Source: Balanoglossus misakiensis (Eukaryota; Animalia; Hemichordata). From it: a stretch of DNA of 64,000 bases. Under the pieces are notes generated by a model. That model had not been told where the DNA came from. It ran no database searches and was given only the letters and a program-made list of their open reading frames with translations. The stretch lies in contig CM082594.2 of NCBI GenBank assembly GCA_040954595.2, forward strand, positions 10,234,296-10,298,295, given 5' to 3'. Positions 19,801 to 32,832 of this stretch are shown piece after piece (position 1 is the stretch's first letter; every line of letters begins with the position of its first letter). A program made the translations under genes and the position numbers.

Positions 19801-22800
19801 GGGACACGAGAGAAGAGAAGCGTTCATACGGAACGTTTGACTTCGTGTCACCAACTCTTCAACCCACAGTGGGATTCCCATTCTGGGGAGAATTCTACTA
19901 TAGTTTATATGTAAGTTCACATTTATTTGGTATGTCTGCTGATTAACATAATTCTGTGACTTGCTTCCAGAAACAATAACAAAGCAAAACAGTCACTATT
20001 TACTGTGTCCCACATTTCTTATCCTAAGTTTACGATCACCAATACGTGGACTCGCGAAATTTCAACTTCCTCCAAACGAAATGGCACCTTGTCTGTTTCC
20101 CCCATAGAAACTCGAACACGGCAATGAACGGAGGCCATTCAGTTACCTTTCAACGTTATATTTTTGTTTTATAGTTTACAGATAACGGTATTGTAGTTTT
20201 CACAGAGGAGAATGGCGATAAATACCCCTTCTCCTACCCACCCGAGAACGGCTTCACAGCAGCTCAAACGACACCAATGATCGCCGTGTTCTGGGACGAT
20301 AACGACATGTCCGATGAGCAGTACGGGAATGTTTACTACAAGGTAAGTGATATGATGTGTGCAATACCCCAAACGCCATTCAAATATGGATGGTACAGTG
20401 TTTGTTTAAAGGCACAGTAGCTGTAACTCTTGCTATACTGAGTCAAGTTACACAAGTCAAGGTGTGTATGAAACTAGAATAGGTGCATAGGTATTTTAAA
20501 AAAAATTACAAATGGAAAATGTGTTGTTTGTCCTGTGTCACACGAGAATGTCCTCCCATATAAGCTGCCTAGCCACGCGAGATCTCGAACGGTCACGGAG
20601 GAGTTCGGGAAACGGTCTATCAGAGGTCGTTGTCACTGTGCCTTTAACGGTATGACGCATGTTCATTGAAGCACCAAACGAGAACACACGCTTTAAAACC
20701 ACCATCCTGTTTCATTTTTTGTAGGTCTACGACACGACTGAGACTTTGTCAAGCACGGACAGCGCCATCGTCGACGAGATCAACGATCGGATTCGCACAA
20801 CGTATCCGACAGCAGCTTCGCCGGACTCGCAGTTCAGTGACTTCGAAGCCTCTTGGATTTTGAAGATAACTTGGTACCGGGTGCCTGCTGTCAATGTGCA
20901 GTACACAAAGAATTCGGTGAGTACCAACTTAGCAGCTTCAGTCAGTAGAAGGCTTCCTATTCCTTTTGATGGGTGAGCTAAATGCAACTGTATGCTACTT
21001 TCAAAGTTTACCAAGGCCACTAGGGTGCAACGTAAGAAAACTATGGTTACCATCGAAAATATGCTGAAAAAGAAAATTGAATATCTGTTAGCGGGTTGAA
21101 TGATTGCCATGAGTGGACAATTAAAACATATTTGCATGTTTTTTTTCTACCAAAAGCCAAACACGTTTCAGGGAGTGCTCGTCACAGACGGTTTGCACGG
21201 GTTTGTGATAATCAACTACATGGAGGAAGAAATGTTGTGGGACTACACCGTCAGGGGTGATGACGTCAACCGCGCCATCATCGGCTACAACAGCGGCAAG
21301 GGATTGGCCAGCCAGATCATGAACGCGCAAGACCAGTTCGCCAGCGTGGACGAGCTGTACAGACCGGACCAGCACCTGGGAAACACGGGTCTCCAGGGGA
21401 GATGGGTGTTCCGCGTGGAGGGCAACGACGATACCACGGTGAACGCTAAGGGTCGCTGCCTGGACTGGTATCTCGCCCAACCGGACCCATCCTCCTGGGA
21501 CACCGACCTGGGAGTGTGCCCGTGTTCGATCGACCAGGCGACCGGCGACCCCGCTTTCGGGCGGGGCGGTCGCATCAACGGAGAGCTGGAAAGTGTGGCC
21601 CTCGGCGACATTTACATCCAACAACAGGCCGACCTTTCATTGTTGGGCTCAATCTCCAATATAACAGGTATAATTTGACACTATACTCTACATTCTCGTG
21701 CACATGAGTTGGCAAACATCTCAAAATTCAATCCCTGCAAAATTCGCATGCGTAGTATCGTATCGGTAGTAAATGTGACGTTATCGTTTTTTCTCGTATA
21801 TTCAGGCGTTGGAACATGCTTGGTTTCATCGTTTGATAACAGTGACAGCGCGGGTCAACTCTGCTGTTACCGTGACGACGGGTCCCTGGTGGAGGGGTAC
21901 CAGTCTCTATGGAGTTCTACTTTCATGCAGCGCCACCCTTGGACCAACCAGGCGGGAAGTTTCGACGCTGTCAGTTACCTCCAGTGGATTGGTAAGTCCA
22001 ACAGCTCAATGTTCACGGTATTACCGCTTTTAACATGCAGAACATTTGGGTTGCACGTAATGTTTGTATACGCGAAATTACGCACATGCGCATAAGAGGA
22101 TCGTCGGTCTTTAACTGCAAGGTGCGTGTCACTTGTTGAATGTTCAGTGATGTGCTCGTGCTTCCACCTCCAGATGACGATGTACTGGCGCGCTATTTCT
22201 GCTGCACGATGTCAAGTGACCCAGCATTCTGCAATATGTACATCGAGAAAAGACCAGAAGGATCGTGCGATGGCTACATCCCACCAGAAACAGGTTTGGA
22301 TATTCTTTTTCAATTTTCTGATCCAAAGACGTGTCCGCCCCCCCCCTCATAATTGTTTGAAACCTCCCTAGTTTGAGGTCACAGGACTTTTCCTAGATTT
22401 AATACGGTGCGAAGCTGTTGGAGATATATCTCAAGTGTTGTTGAAAATAGACATTCAATCCTCATTCGAATTCAATAAATATATTGTTTTATCTGTACCA
22501 GGTTTCATGTTGGGAGATCCCCACATCACAACACTGGATGGCGTAACATACACATTCAACGGGCTTGGCGAGTACACTTTGGTGGAAGTCAATGAAGGCT
22601 TCTTCGTCTTACAGGCGCGCACTGCCCGGGCCGAAACGTCTGATGGCGGACTCTCCATGGCGACCATCTTTTCCGCCTTTGCCATGAAACAAAACGGGAC
22701 TTCGACGGTAGGTCGTCTGTGCTCTTAGGGGGCCAAAAATAACCCTAAGGCTGGTCTACCATGACTCCGCGAACATTTCGGCAACATGTTTCACTGCTGA

Positions 22801-25800
22801 TTTGACGGTAACGATGTACATTTTCTTGTCTCTCGATTTGAACAGGTTCAGTTTACTCTCAATGCAGACGGCACAGACTGCGATGTTCTCGTGGACGGCA
22901 ATGCCTTTGATAAAAGCATACTAACAGAAGGTAAAGTCTTTTGAATTGTTTATTTGGACATTAATACAAGACGTCTAATATTGATTGTAGGAACCAGTGT
23001 CGTGTGTTGCACATGTACGTATTGGCAATTAGTACGCGTCGTGAAGAGTTTCAAAATTTGAGTATGGGATCTGCCACGCTTGTTGTCGTCTGCTTGGTGT
23101 TACATATACACTGGCGCAGTCAGTTTTCTATTGTTACTGTATGTAACGGACCGTAATTAATTTGCTTGAATTTTAATCCGATATTTTGTCCTGCTCTGGG
23201 CAGACCTCCTTACTTCTAGCGATTTTGACGGAGTCGGGTTCTACCTGCAAACTGAGACAAACAGAACCCGAACGGCTGTCGTGTTTTCCTCGGGCATTGG
23301 AGTGTCTATTGGCCTGAGCGAGGGCATGTTGGACGCTGTGTTCAGCGCATCCACTTCGTACAAAGGCCAAACGTTGGGCCTTCTCGGCGTGTGGAACGAC
23401 GACCCGGCCGACGATTTTCAGTTGCCAGGCGGATCCCTTCAACAACCCTCCGTGCCAGGACAAAATCTAACCGAGGAAGACTATTTTGATTTCGGACAAG
23501 CGTGTAAGTTATATATTACGATATTTGCTCTGTTTTGGTGTATAACCCATGAACTTGCTTGAAACTCGAATAGTGTACAGTCAAGGGGTTTGACCATAGT
23601 TGCCTGAGGTAGTACAAACATATAGGTGTATCCTACCAAACAACATCACCATACACGACTACATACACAACACGAAATGATGTCTTATCATTTTTTATCG
23701 TTTACCCCACAGGGCAAATCACAGCGGAGGAATCTCTTTTTACGTACGAAGGTTCAGACACGTGGGCAACCTATAACAACAACACCTTCGTTCCCCTCTT
23801 CCTGGACGCTGTGTTGGCGGCAAGCGACAGCGCTTTCGTGGCGACAGCTCAACAGCTTTGCGTCGACGATACCCAGTGTTTGTTCGACACCTTGGCAACC
23901 AAGAACACTCTGGTCGGCACAGCCACCAAGTCTGGTTCACAGAAGTTCCAAAGTGACGCCACAAATATAGGTAAAGTTGTGTGCTGATCAGCATTTCTTG
24001 ATATATTCTCAATTTGCAAATTGGTCACCGTTGTTTTCTCCTAACATCATGTACTGGGCACATCACATTGCAGCAAACTTCCCGCCGGAAATTTCTGTCA
24101 TTCGGCTGATCAATGCTACCGTCGGCGAGGAGGTTGTGGTCGAAGTGCAAGCGAGCGATCCCGAAGGCGGCCTGGTCACGCTGAGCTTGGGATCGTCGAT
24201 AGAGGGTGCAGCGATTTATGCGAGTAAGTTGCAAACCTGTCTGACTGCCTTTCCTGTCCTTTTCACATTTTGTCGCTTTTAAGAACTTTCCTTTCATTTG
24301 AACGTTCGAGATGGTCTCCGCCGGGTTCACTAACGTTTAAGCTCTGTGTGATCTCCCAGATGGCACGTTTGTGTGGACGCCGACTTCCACATCAACAGTC
24401 CGGATCGGGTACGTCGCGACGGATGGCGTAGCGCAGTCGGTGGTTGAGGCCGTTGTGCGAATTTGTGACTGCAGGAATGGCGGAGTTTGCGATTTTGAGG
24501 GCGTTACGGAGGGAAGCGATGTCGTCAACGACAAGTTTACGGTGAGATACAGCACCACAACCCACATTCTCATACATCATTCCATCAACCAACCCACCCA
24601 CCCCCTCACGTACATACATGTACATACATACACACACAAAATAGCACTTGATGTTCTTCTATGTTCCAGATTGTTCCTTGTATATGTTCTCCGGCATACA
24701 CGGGTGATTTCTGTCAGGATGACTACAACGGATGTGACGATGACCCTTGTTATCCCGGCGTGCTCTGCTACGACAAAACGGCACCGGAAATTGGCGCCGA
24801 ATGTCGCCGCTGTCCTTCCGGTCTGGTCGGCAATGGATACAAATGCTATGGTAACCATGCCAACATAATGTCTTGTACTGCCGTTAATCACGTAATCTCC
24901 TAATAAGCATGAGTGATATTTTTGAGGGGTCCAGTTTCATTAGTCCTTTCTTCATTGGAGAGGTGCTGAATCGTCTATAGTTGTGAATAAGACAGTTGGA
25001 ACGTGTATGACTGACTGTTTCGTGTCCTGTCCCATCTCCAACAGATTTCGACGAGTGTTTTGAAGAGAGGGACTACTACAACGGTACGTTCTGCGACCAA
25101 ATCTGCATCAACACACACGGTAGCTACGAGTGTTCCTGCAACAGTGGTTATACACAGCATCCCGACGGCAAACGGTGCACAGGTGAGTCATTACAATCAA
25201 AATGGCGGCAGCATTTTGAGATATCGGTTGTTACAAGATGATCGCGGCAAAAGTTCGACATGTCGCTCATTTACAAGAGTTTAGTGCTTAACACACGTCT
25301 TCGTCCTTTTATTTCTTGTGCAGATGTGAACGAGTGCAACTTGAACACCGACGACTGCGATGCAATGGCAACGTGTACCAATGAAGATGGAGGATATTCT
25401 TGCACATGCAGAGTGGGTTACGATGACGTCAGCGGAGATGGAACAGTATGCGAAAGTAAGTGACTTCGCCCTTGTGGCCTGCTGTCTTTGTTGTGGACCA
25501 AATTTGTTAATATAAGATGCAATCGAATAGAAGTGCGATAAATTGTAATCCTTTTCTCTCTCTATTTTACAATGGTTACAGATATTAATGAATGTGATGT
25601 GGATGCTCCTTGTAACGTGAACGCTGAGTGCGAAGACACACCAGGCTCCTATGTATGCACCTGTAATACGGGTTATGAAGGAACAGGCTTGGCGTGTGCA
25701 GGTAACTGTGGAAACACCACATATTAATAATACCACTTGCTAAACAGAACAGACGTTAAAGACTAAGAAAGTGCTGTCATACAGATTTTCCCGAGAAAAC

Positions 25801-27588
25801 TACTAAATGAATCAAACCAAACTAAACCAAATCAAATCGAACTCCTTTCTTTTCTTGCAGACATAGATGAATGCGCCACTTTCAGCGATGACTGTGATAT
25901 ACAGGCAACGTGCACGAACACGATAGGCTCTTACACCTGTCGGTGCAACGCCGGGTGGGAAGGCGACGGCAAAAGTTGCAATAATATAAATGAATGCGAC
26001 TTGAACACCGACCAGTGCAGTTCAAAAGCCACGTGCAGAGATGTTGTCGGGAGTTACAGTTGCGCCTGCAATGCTGGATACACTGGCAACGGTTTAACCT
26101 GCAACGGTAAGATTCAGACAAATTTCATTAATAGCATATAATTTTACGAAACTTTGGAGAGAGACCGCGGATGAGAGAGAGAGCTAAGAGAGAGAGAGAG
26201 GGGTGGGGTAGGGGGTGGTGAGAGTTATTACAATAACTAAGGCTTATATTTCATTTTGTGGACATTTGATGCCACAATCACGCCACGCAGGGTTATAATA
26301 ATTAATTACAAGTGCCCACTCATTTTCCCCCAGACATTGATGAATGTTCGACAAACCAACACGGCTGCGCTAGCGGAACTGCAAGATGCATAAACACTGA
26401 CGGAGATTACGAATGCGAATGCAAAACGGGTTATGGTGGAAATGGCTTCAACTGCACAGGTAAATATCAACGCATGCGTCCTATCACTTTCGTGCCTACT
26501 TGCAAAAGTGGTCTGTAGACCTGTAACGCGAAAATCGGTTTGATCGCATCAGGTAAAACCCTGACGAGTCATTTATTTGTTTGTTTGCTTTTAAATATCT
26601 AGAGACTTACGTTAATCGTTTCCCTTATTTTCAACAACTTTTCAGACATTGACGAATGTGACGACGGCTCCTCTATGTGTTCGGCTTTTGCCACCTGCAC
26701 AAACACTGAAGGGTCCTACAAATGTGAATGTTTGGATGGGTACGCGGGGAACGGCATCGTCTGCTCCGGTAAGGAAATACTGTGCATTCTGAGAAGTCTG
26801 TATGTTCAAACTGGTACTAGTATGACACTATAATCTAATTGAACGTGAACTTTATTTATTTGATTATTTCGTATATTTCCAGACATCGATGAGTGCTCAG
26901 CGTCAAGGTTAAACGACTGCGACCTTCAGTCTGGGTTCTGCCTCAACACTATAGGCGCTTTCCAATGTCGGTGCTCCCGTGGTTACCGGGGAGATGGAAC
27001 AAACTGCACAGGTAACTGCGATATTGTTTTTTTCCAACATCCGGGTCATTCGACCTCTACGTGACATCCGTATTTATATTTTTGAACATTCCTCGACATA
27101 GTGTGCATGAAAGGTTCGAACTCAATATTTATTAATAGTAATGATAACACTAATCCGATTGTTGTTGTTTGTTTCAGATGTTAATGAGTGTTCAGATAAC
27201 GATGGTGGTTGTGAGCACGACCTTTGTGAAAATTCTATCGGCGGATTTCAATGCTCCTGCAGGGCTGGTTATCTGCTGAACGAGGATGGCCTCACCTGCG
27301 ATGGTTAGTAGCCTGTTCACCGAAAATAATTTAAGTATCTGAATGATATGTATTCATCCCTTTCAGTGGGATTTCAAAGAAGGCTATGGTATTGAATGTA
27401 TCATATTCTGCGATTCCCTTTTTGTTTGTTAATTCGTGTTATTTACTGTTACTGCAGCAATCAACCAGTGTAATTTGGGAACTGATGACTGCCCTCAAGG
27501 TTGCACCAACGGCACAGCGACGCAGTACGATTGTTATTGTTTCCAAGGGTTTGAAGATGATGGTTCAGGCGGATGCCAGCGTAAGTTC

Positions 27589-27672
<84 letters not shown>

Positions 27673-30600
27673 GATGACGACGACGATGATGATGATGATG
27701 ATGGTGATGCAACTAACTATACTCGTATCTTTCTACCCCAACAGCAATTACGAGCTGTTCAAAGTCTTGCACCAACGGCGTTTGCTACGTGTTAAATACC
27801 GTCGAAACATGCCAGTGCCTCAGAGGTTACAAGTTGGCTGTCGGCAGTGACACGCAATGTGTCGGTGAGTGGCCTGTCTCTGTCAACAAAATGTCTTACT
27901 CGAAAATCTCGATAAATACTAGTAATATCGCACTTAACTTTCCTCTCACAGCTTGTGCACCGTTTTAAATCAATGTGTACACGATCCCTGATGATTTACA
28001 TTGCAGATATTGACGAATCCACGGACACGGATTACCCGCATAGGTGCGAACAGATCGTCACAAATACGGTTCCCGGATACAACTGCAGCTGTAACGAGGG
28101 ATTCGAACTGAACGTCGATCTCAGGACCTGCTCAGGTATCGTTCGACATCATTCAAACATTATATTCATGCCCACGTTGTTCCAAGTGTAATCGAAAATA
28201 GGAAATGTCAAATGTCACATAACTTAAATGGCATTTGGACAACGCTGGAAGTTTCTACGAGTGCTATTCCTTGATTGGGGTATCTGCTTGTGTTACAGAC
28301 ACGAACGAATGCCAACTGGAAACTGATGTTTGCGATGAACATGAAATCTGCGTTAACAGATATGGCAGCTATCAGTGCGTTTGTGACAATGGATTCTACA
28401 ATTCCTCGGGCAGCTGTTTAGGTAAGGAATGCAGAACTGTTCGTTTTAATATTGTTTTATGTGTTTGCATACTTCACTGACGACTACTTATAGAGTCGCC
28501 AGCCAACCACTCACACAAGCCCACCACACCTGTGGAAGTGTGATACCAAATTTACGCCATCCTAGAGTATGTTACTGTGACTCTTCCTGCAAGAACTTCA
28601 AAAATGCAACACGTCTCTCTTTTTGACCCTCAGATATAGATGAATGCAGCGACTACCAACTGCATGGGTGCAGCTTTAACGGATACTGCAACAACACAAT
28701 TGGTTCATATTACTGTCAGTGCAATGACGGCTACGCCGGTAATGGCGGAGTTTGTGTTGGTGAGTTGTGTTCTGTTTTGTTGCTAGACTTCATCCTGGTT
28801 TTATTTTGCTTGTTTGGCCAAAACGGATGTGAACCCCACTGGTGCGCATATTGTGTCTCTTTCAGTGATAATCTGCCAGACCTTTCTCGCGTCACTCCAT
28901 CTATATTGAGTTTGTAATAACGTCTCTCCTCAGATATCAACGAGTGTAGCGACGACTCTGCTTGTGACAGTAACGCCGAGTGTGTCAACACAGAGGGTGG
29001 TTACAACTGTACTTGCATCTCGGGTTTCCGTGGTGACGGATTTACCTGTACAGGTGAGTGTAATCAGGAGGTGAAAGGTCACAGTCTCACTATGTTTCCA
29101 TGCGCGCATGCCCACTAATTGGTTAACGGTTGGCCACAAAATAGGTTGCCATCGATCGCACTTGTGACGTGTAACATTAACCAAAGTTCCTCCGATTTGC
29201 AGATATTGATGAATGCTCTGAAAGTTTGGACGACTGCGATGCTGATGCGACCTGTACAAATACCGATGGATCCTACATGTGCGCTTGTAACAGTGGTTTC
29301 CAGGGTGACGGAAAAAGCTGTTTTGGTATGTTGCTTGCCACTTGTACTTTTTGTTTTTTTGGCATACTAACATCCGTTCGTTTATTTAGACTTTTGCACA
29401 TTTAGACAGTTTTATGATTTCTCAAAACGGAGACGTTATAAGAACGCAGTACATGTATTTGAGTTGAGGATAACCTTCCGAGTCTTTTGGTCATTGACAG
29501 ACGTGGACGAGTGCACTCTCCCTGATGGCGATTCCAGGAAACATGATTGTGACGTCATGGCAACATGCAACAACACTGTCGGCGGCTACGACTGTACCTG
29601 CATAGAGGGATACGAAGGAGATGGCACTCAGTGTGCAGGTGAGACTTGTTCAATGAATGAATGAATGAATGAATGAATGGATTAACCAATCAATGAATAA
29701 TGGCTAAATGCAAGTAACAACTCAATTTTCATATTAAATAATGCTTTTTAAAAACTCGTGTGTGATGTACAGTATTCTTAAATGGTTTTTATTTTCACTT
29801 TTATGATGAAAGTCTCATGATTGATTTATTTGTATTGCAGATATCGACGAGTGCGCAAGCGCGGCTGACAACACATGCGACGGGAACTCCCTCTGCCAGA
29901 ACATCGATCGCTCTTACACGTGCGTCTGTCTGTCCGGCTATCGAGCGCAGAGTCGGGACACGTGCGTTGACATTGACGAGTGTGCAGAGAACCCGTTGAT
30001 TTGTGATGAGAATGCCGGCTGCAGTAACGCCCCTGGAACATATAGCTGTACATGTCTGCAAGGTTATGAAGGCAACGGTACAGTCTGCTCAGGTGAGAAC
30101 ATTGCCGGATGTCTGCGAATCCGAAAAAAACACACAATTCCAACCAACTTGTAAATGTACGTTCGGAAAACAAACCCCAACATTATTATCCGTGTCCAGA
30201 ATACTGCGAGAGTAAATTTATTTTACACTTCAACCTAGTTTTATTCCGACTGTGATAATTATTCGATTCTTTTCTTAATTAAGATGTGGACGAATGCTCA
30301 TCGAGTGATCTAAATAATTGTGACCCAGTGGCGGAATGCAACAACTACGATGGGGGCTACAGTTGTGCTTGTCCATCCGGGTACTTGACAATCAACAGTA
30401 CGAACGGCGATGTCTGTGAAGGTAAGCCTCGTTTCCAATCTTACAGAACTGAGGGCCACGTGCCTTGTGTACGAGGCATCGTACTTCTTAATACAGACTC
30501 CAATCGACGACCCAGAGCAAGCCAGTACATCTATTTCAAGATTAATTCTTCCTATATTACAGATTTTGATGAATGCCTGTATGAAAAGGATGAATGCGAT

Positions 30601-32759
30601 GCAGATGTGGGTATCTGTACTAACGTCGATGGCGGTTATTTCTGCGAATGTGAAGAGGGGTATTCGGGCAATGGAGTCGTTTGCACAGGTGAGGAAGTGC
30701 AGTGTGTTTCAAAAGATCTCTGAATGTTGACATGTAGACGTTGGGCAATCGAGTGTCCAGTAGGTACAGCGATTATTGATCTTCCTGCCCACGTAGAATG
30801 TCCGAATGTTACTCAAAACAGTAGTGACTAAAATTGAGGAACTTTATTCTCTTTTTGTTTCAGATATTGATGAATGTAAAAACAAACCTTGCAACTATAA
30901 TAACAACGAGAGATGCATAAACACTCCTGGGAACTACGAGTGTGAATGCTTGACAGGCTATGTGAGGAACAACGGCGCTTGTGAAGGTAAGTGCGCTGTG
31001 TACTTCAGCACGACCCCCCGGGGACAGATTTTCAGGAAAATGGTAGACCTCAAAACCTTTCAGTGTTTTACTGTATTAAAAGGAGCGAGGAGTCTCTTTG
31101 AAATCACAGCTTCAGAAGGCATGGTGTTCACCATCTATCTTAAAATAATATGTTTTATATCGTTATCTTCCTTTCTGGTGTAAATTAACTCGTTGTACAG
31201 TTATCAATATTTCTAACGCGCAAAATGTTCTCTTTAATCAACAGCTATTGAATCCTTGGAAGCAAGCGTGGTTTACGTTGGTTCTGATGGTTTTGAGTGG
31301 AGATACACTTCTGCGTTGGCTTCGAGGGGAACTCCCACCTTTCAGGAGTACGCTGCTGTTGTTGTGCAAGATGTAAGGGCACTGCTACTCACTTGAAACA
31401 TGACTGCGTATACCATAGTTTTTGGGCTGTCACAGCTGTGACGCATCTTGGAGATTTAGTCCTTTATCTATCGGTTGTGAATAAGGCTATTTTCAGCGCA
31501 TTGAATTGTTGATGCTTGTGCTATAAGGCAGTCAAGCTTGATCTTCTTATGTGTAGATGGGAGATAAATAAAAACTAAACAACAACAACAACAACAGCAA
31601 CAAATAACAGCAACCGGATTACTCGGCTCCTAGTTGTTTGTGAAGAACGTAACCACATATTTTGATGACGTGTTTTTTGTTGCTTTGTCGCAGATGGATG
31701 CTGTGTTCGGGAACAGCAGCCTCGAAGATCAGTTCGTGCAAACCAGTGTCCTCTCCATGGAAGACTACACCTCCCAAGTCAAGGTTATATTCGCCCTGGG
31801 ATTCCTTCCCGGATCCGCGGTGAACGAATCAGCGGTGGAGGCGGCCTTCCTGTCTCATTTGCAAGGATCGGACGTCGTGAATGGACGCTCCCGTGTGGTG
31901 GTGGATTCTTTCCGAGTTGGTGTCGCAGGTAATGTATATAACAATCGTTATTTTTGTCTCAAAGAATGTTAACTCAATCATGATCAGTCCCCACAAGATC
32001 TCTCATTCACTTATCGCCGTTTTTCTATTTGACACAGAAACCTCACTACCCTGTTTCACTTTCCCTTTCAGTTGAAAATCCGTGCGAGGATCAAACTGAT
32101 GACTGTGACCCGCTAGCAACATGTGTGTTTATCAGCGAAGGAAATTATACGTGTGAATGCGATTCCGGGTTCGAGGGCAGTGGCACTACTGGAAACTGTG
32201 CAGGTATGATATATAAAATGAGTGAGTGAGTGAGTGAGTGAGTGAGTGAGTGAGTGAGTGAGTGAGTGAGTGAGTGAGTGAATGAATGAATGAATGAATG
32301 AATGAATGAATGAATGAATGAATGAATGAATGAATGAATGAATGAAAAATGGATGAAAGTGAAGAATGGATGGATGAATGAAGGCACATGGTAAATGACC
32401 GGCCAACTAATAACCTTATATTAGTTTGACTATTTTTGTGAACTGGGCTGATTACAACTATTGGTGGTTCTGTAACCATAGAAAACTGTAAGTCGTCCTA
32501 TCTTTATCCTGTCTTCTTATTTTCTGTGGCTGTAACATTTTGCTGTTTTCCTGTTGTACACAGATATTAATGAATGCGAAGTAGATGCAGATATATGCGG
32601 CAGCGACTTATTGGAATGTATCAACACCGAGGGGAGTTATGGATGTCAATGCCAATCACAATATTTCCTGTTGGATTCAGAAAATATCACGTGTGTTGGT
32701 AAGTATCGGTCATTTATTTCTATCGCAAGTGTTGTGTGTGTGTGTGTGTGTGTGCGTAT

Positions 32760-32832
<73 letters not shown>

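Larger units (their letters stand above)
19753..23503 (+). other. NIDO-AMOP-VWD domain block of gene B
   Basis: Motif order typical of MUC4/SUSD2/Mesh-type proteins, including ...[19 protein letters not shown] followed by [25 protein letters not shown]...QARTA...[14 protein letters not shown]. Confidence 0.9.

Noticed and set aside
21121-21624. Long minus-strand ORFs (167 aa and 108 aa)
   Set aside because: Antisense shadows of the GC3-rich NIDO/AMOP exon, with no recognisable protein or splice structure.
27386-27850. Poly-Met and poly-His ORFs
   Set aside because: Alternative frames of the (GAT)n microsatellite.
19600-29045. Several RGD tripeptides in gene B
   Set aside because: Three arise from the cbEGF consensus G[YF]xGDG; the one in the NIDO region has no supporting evidence.
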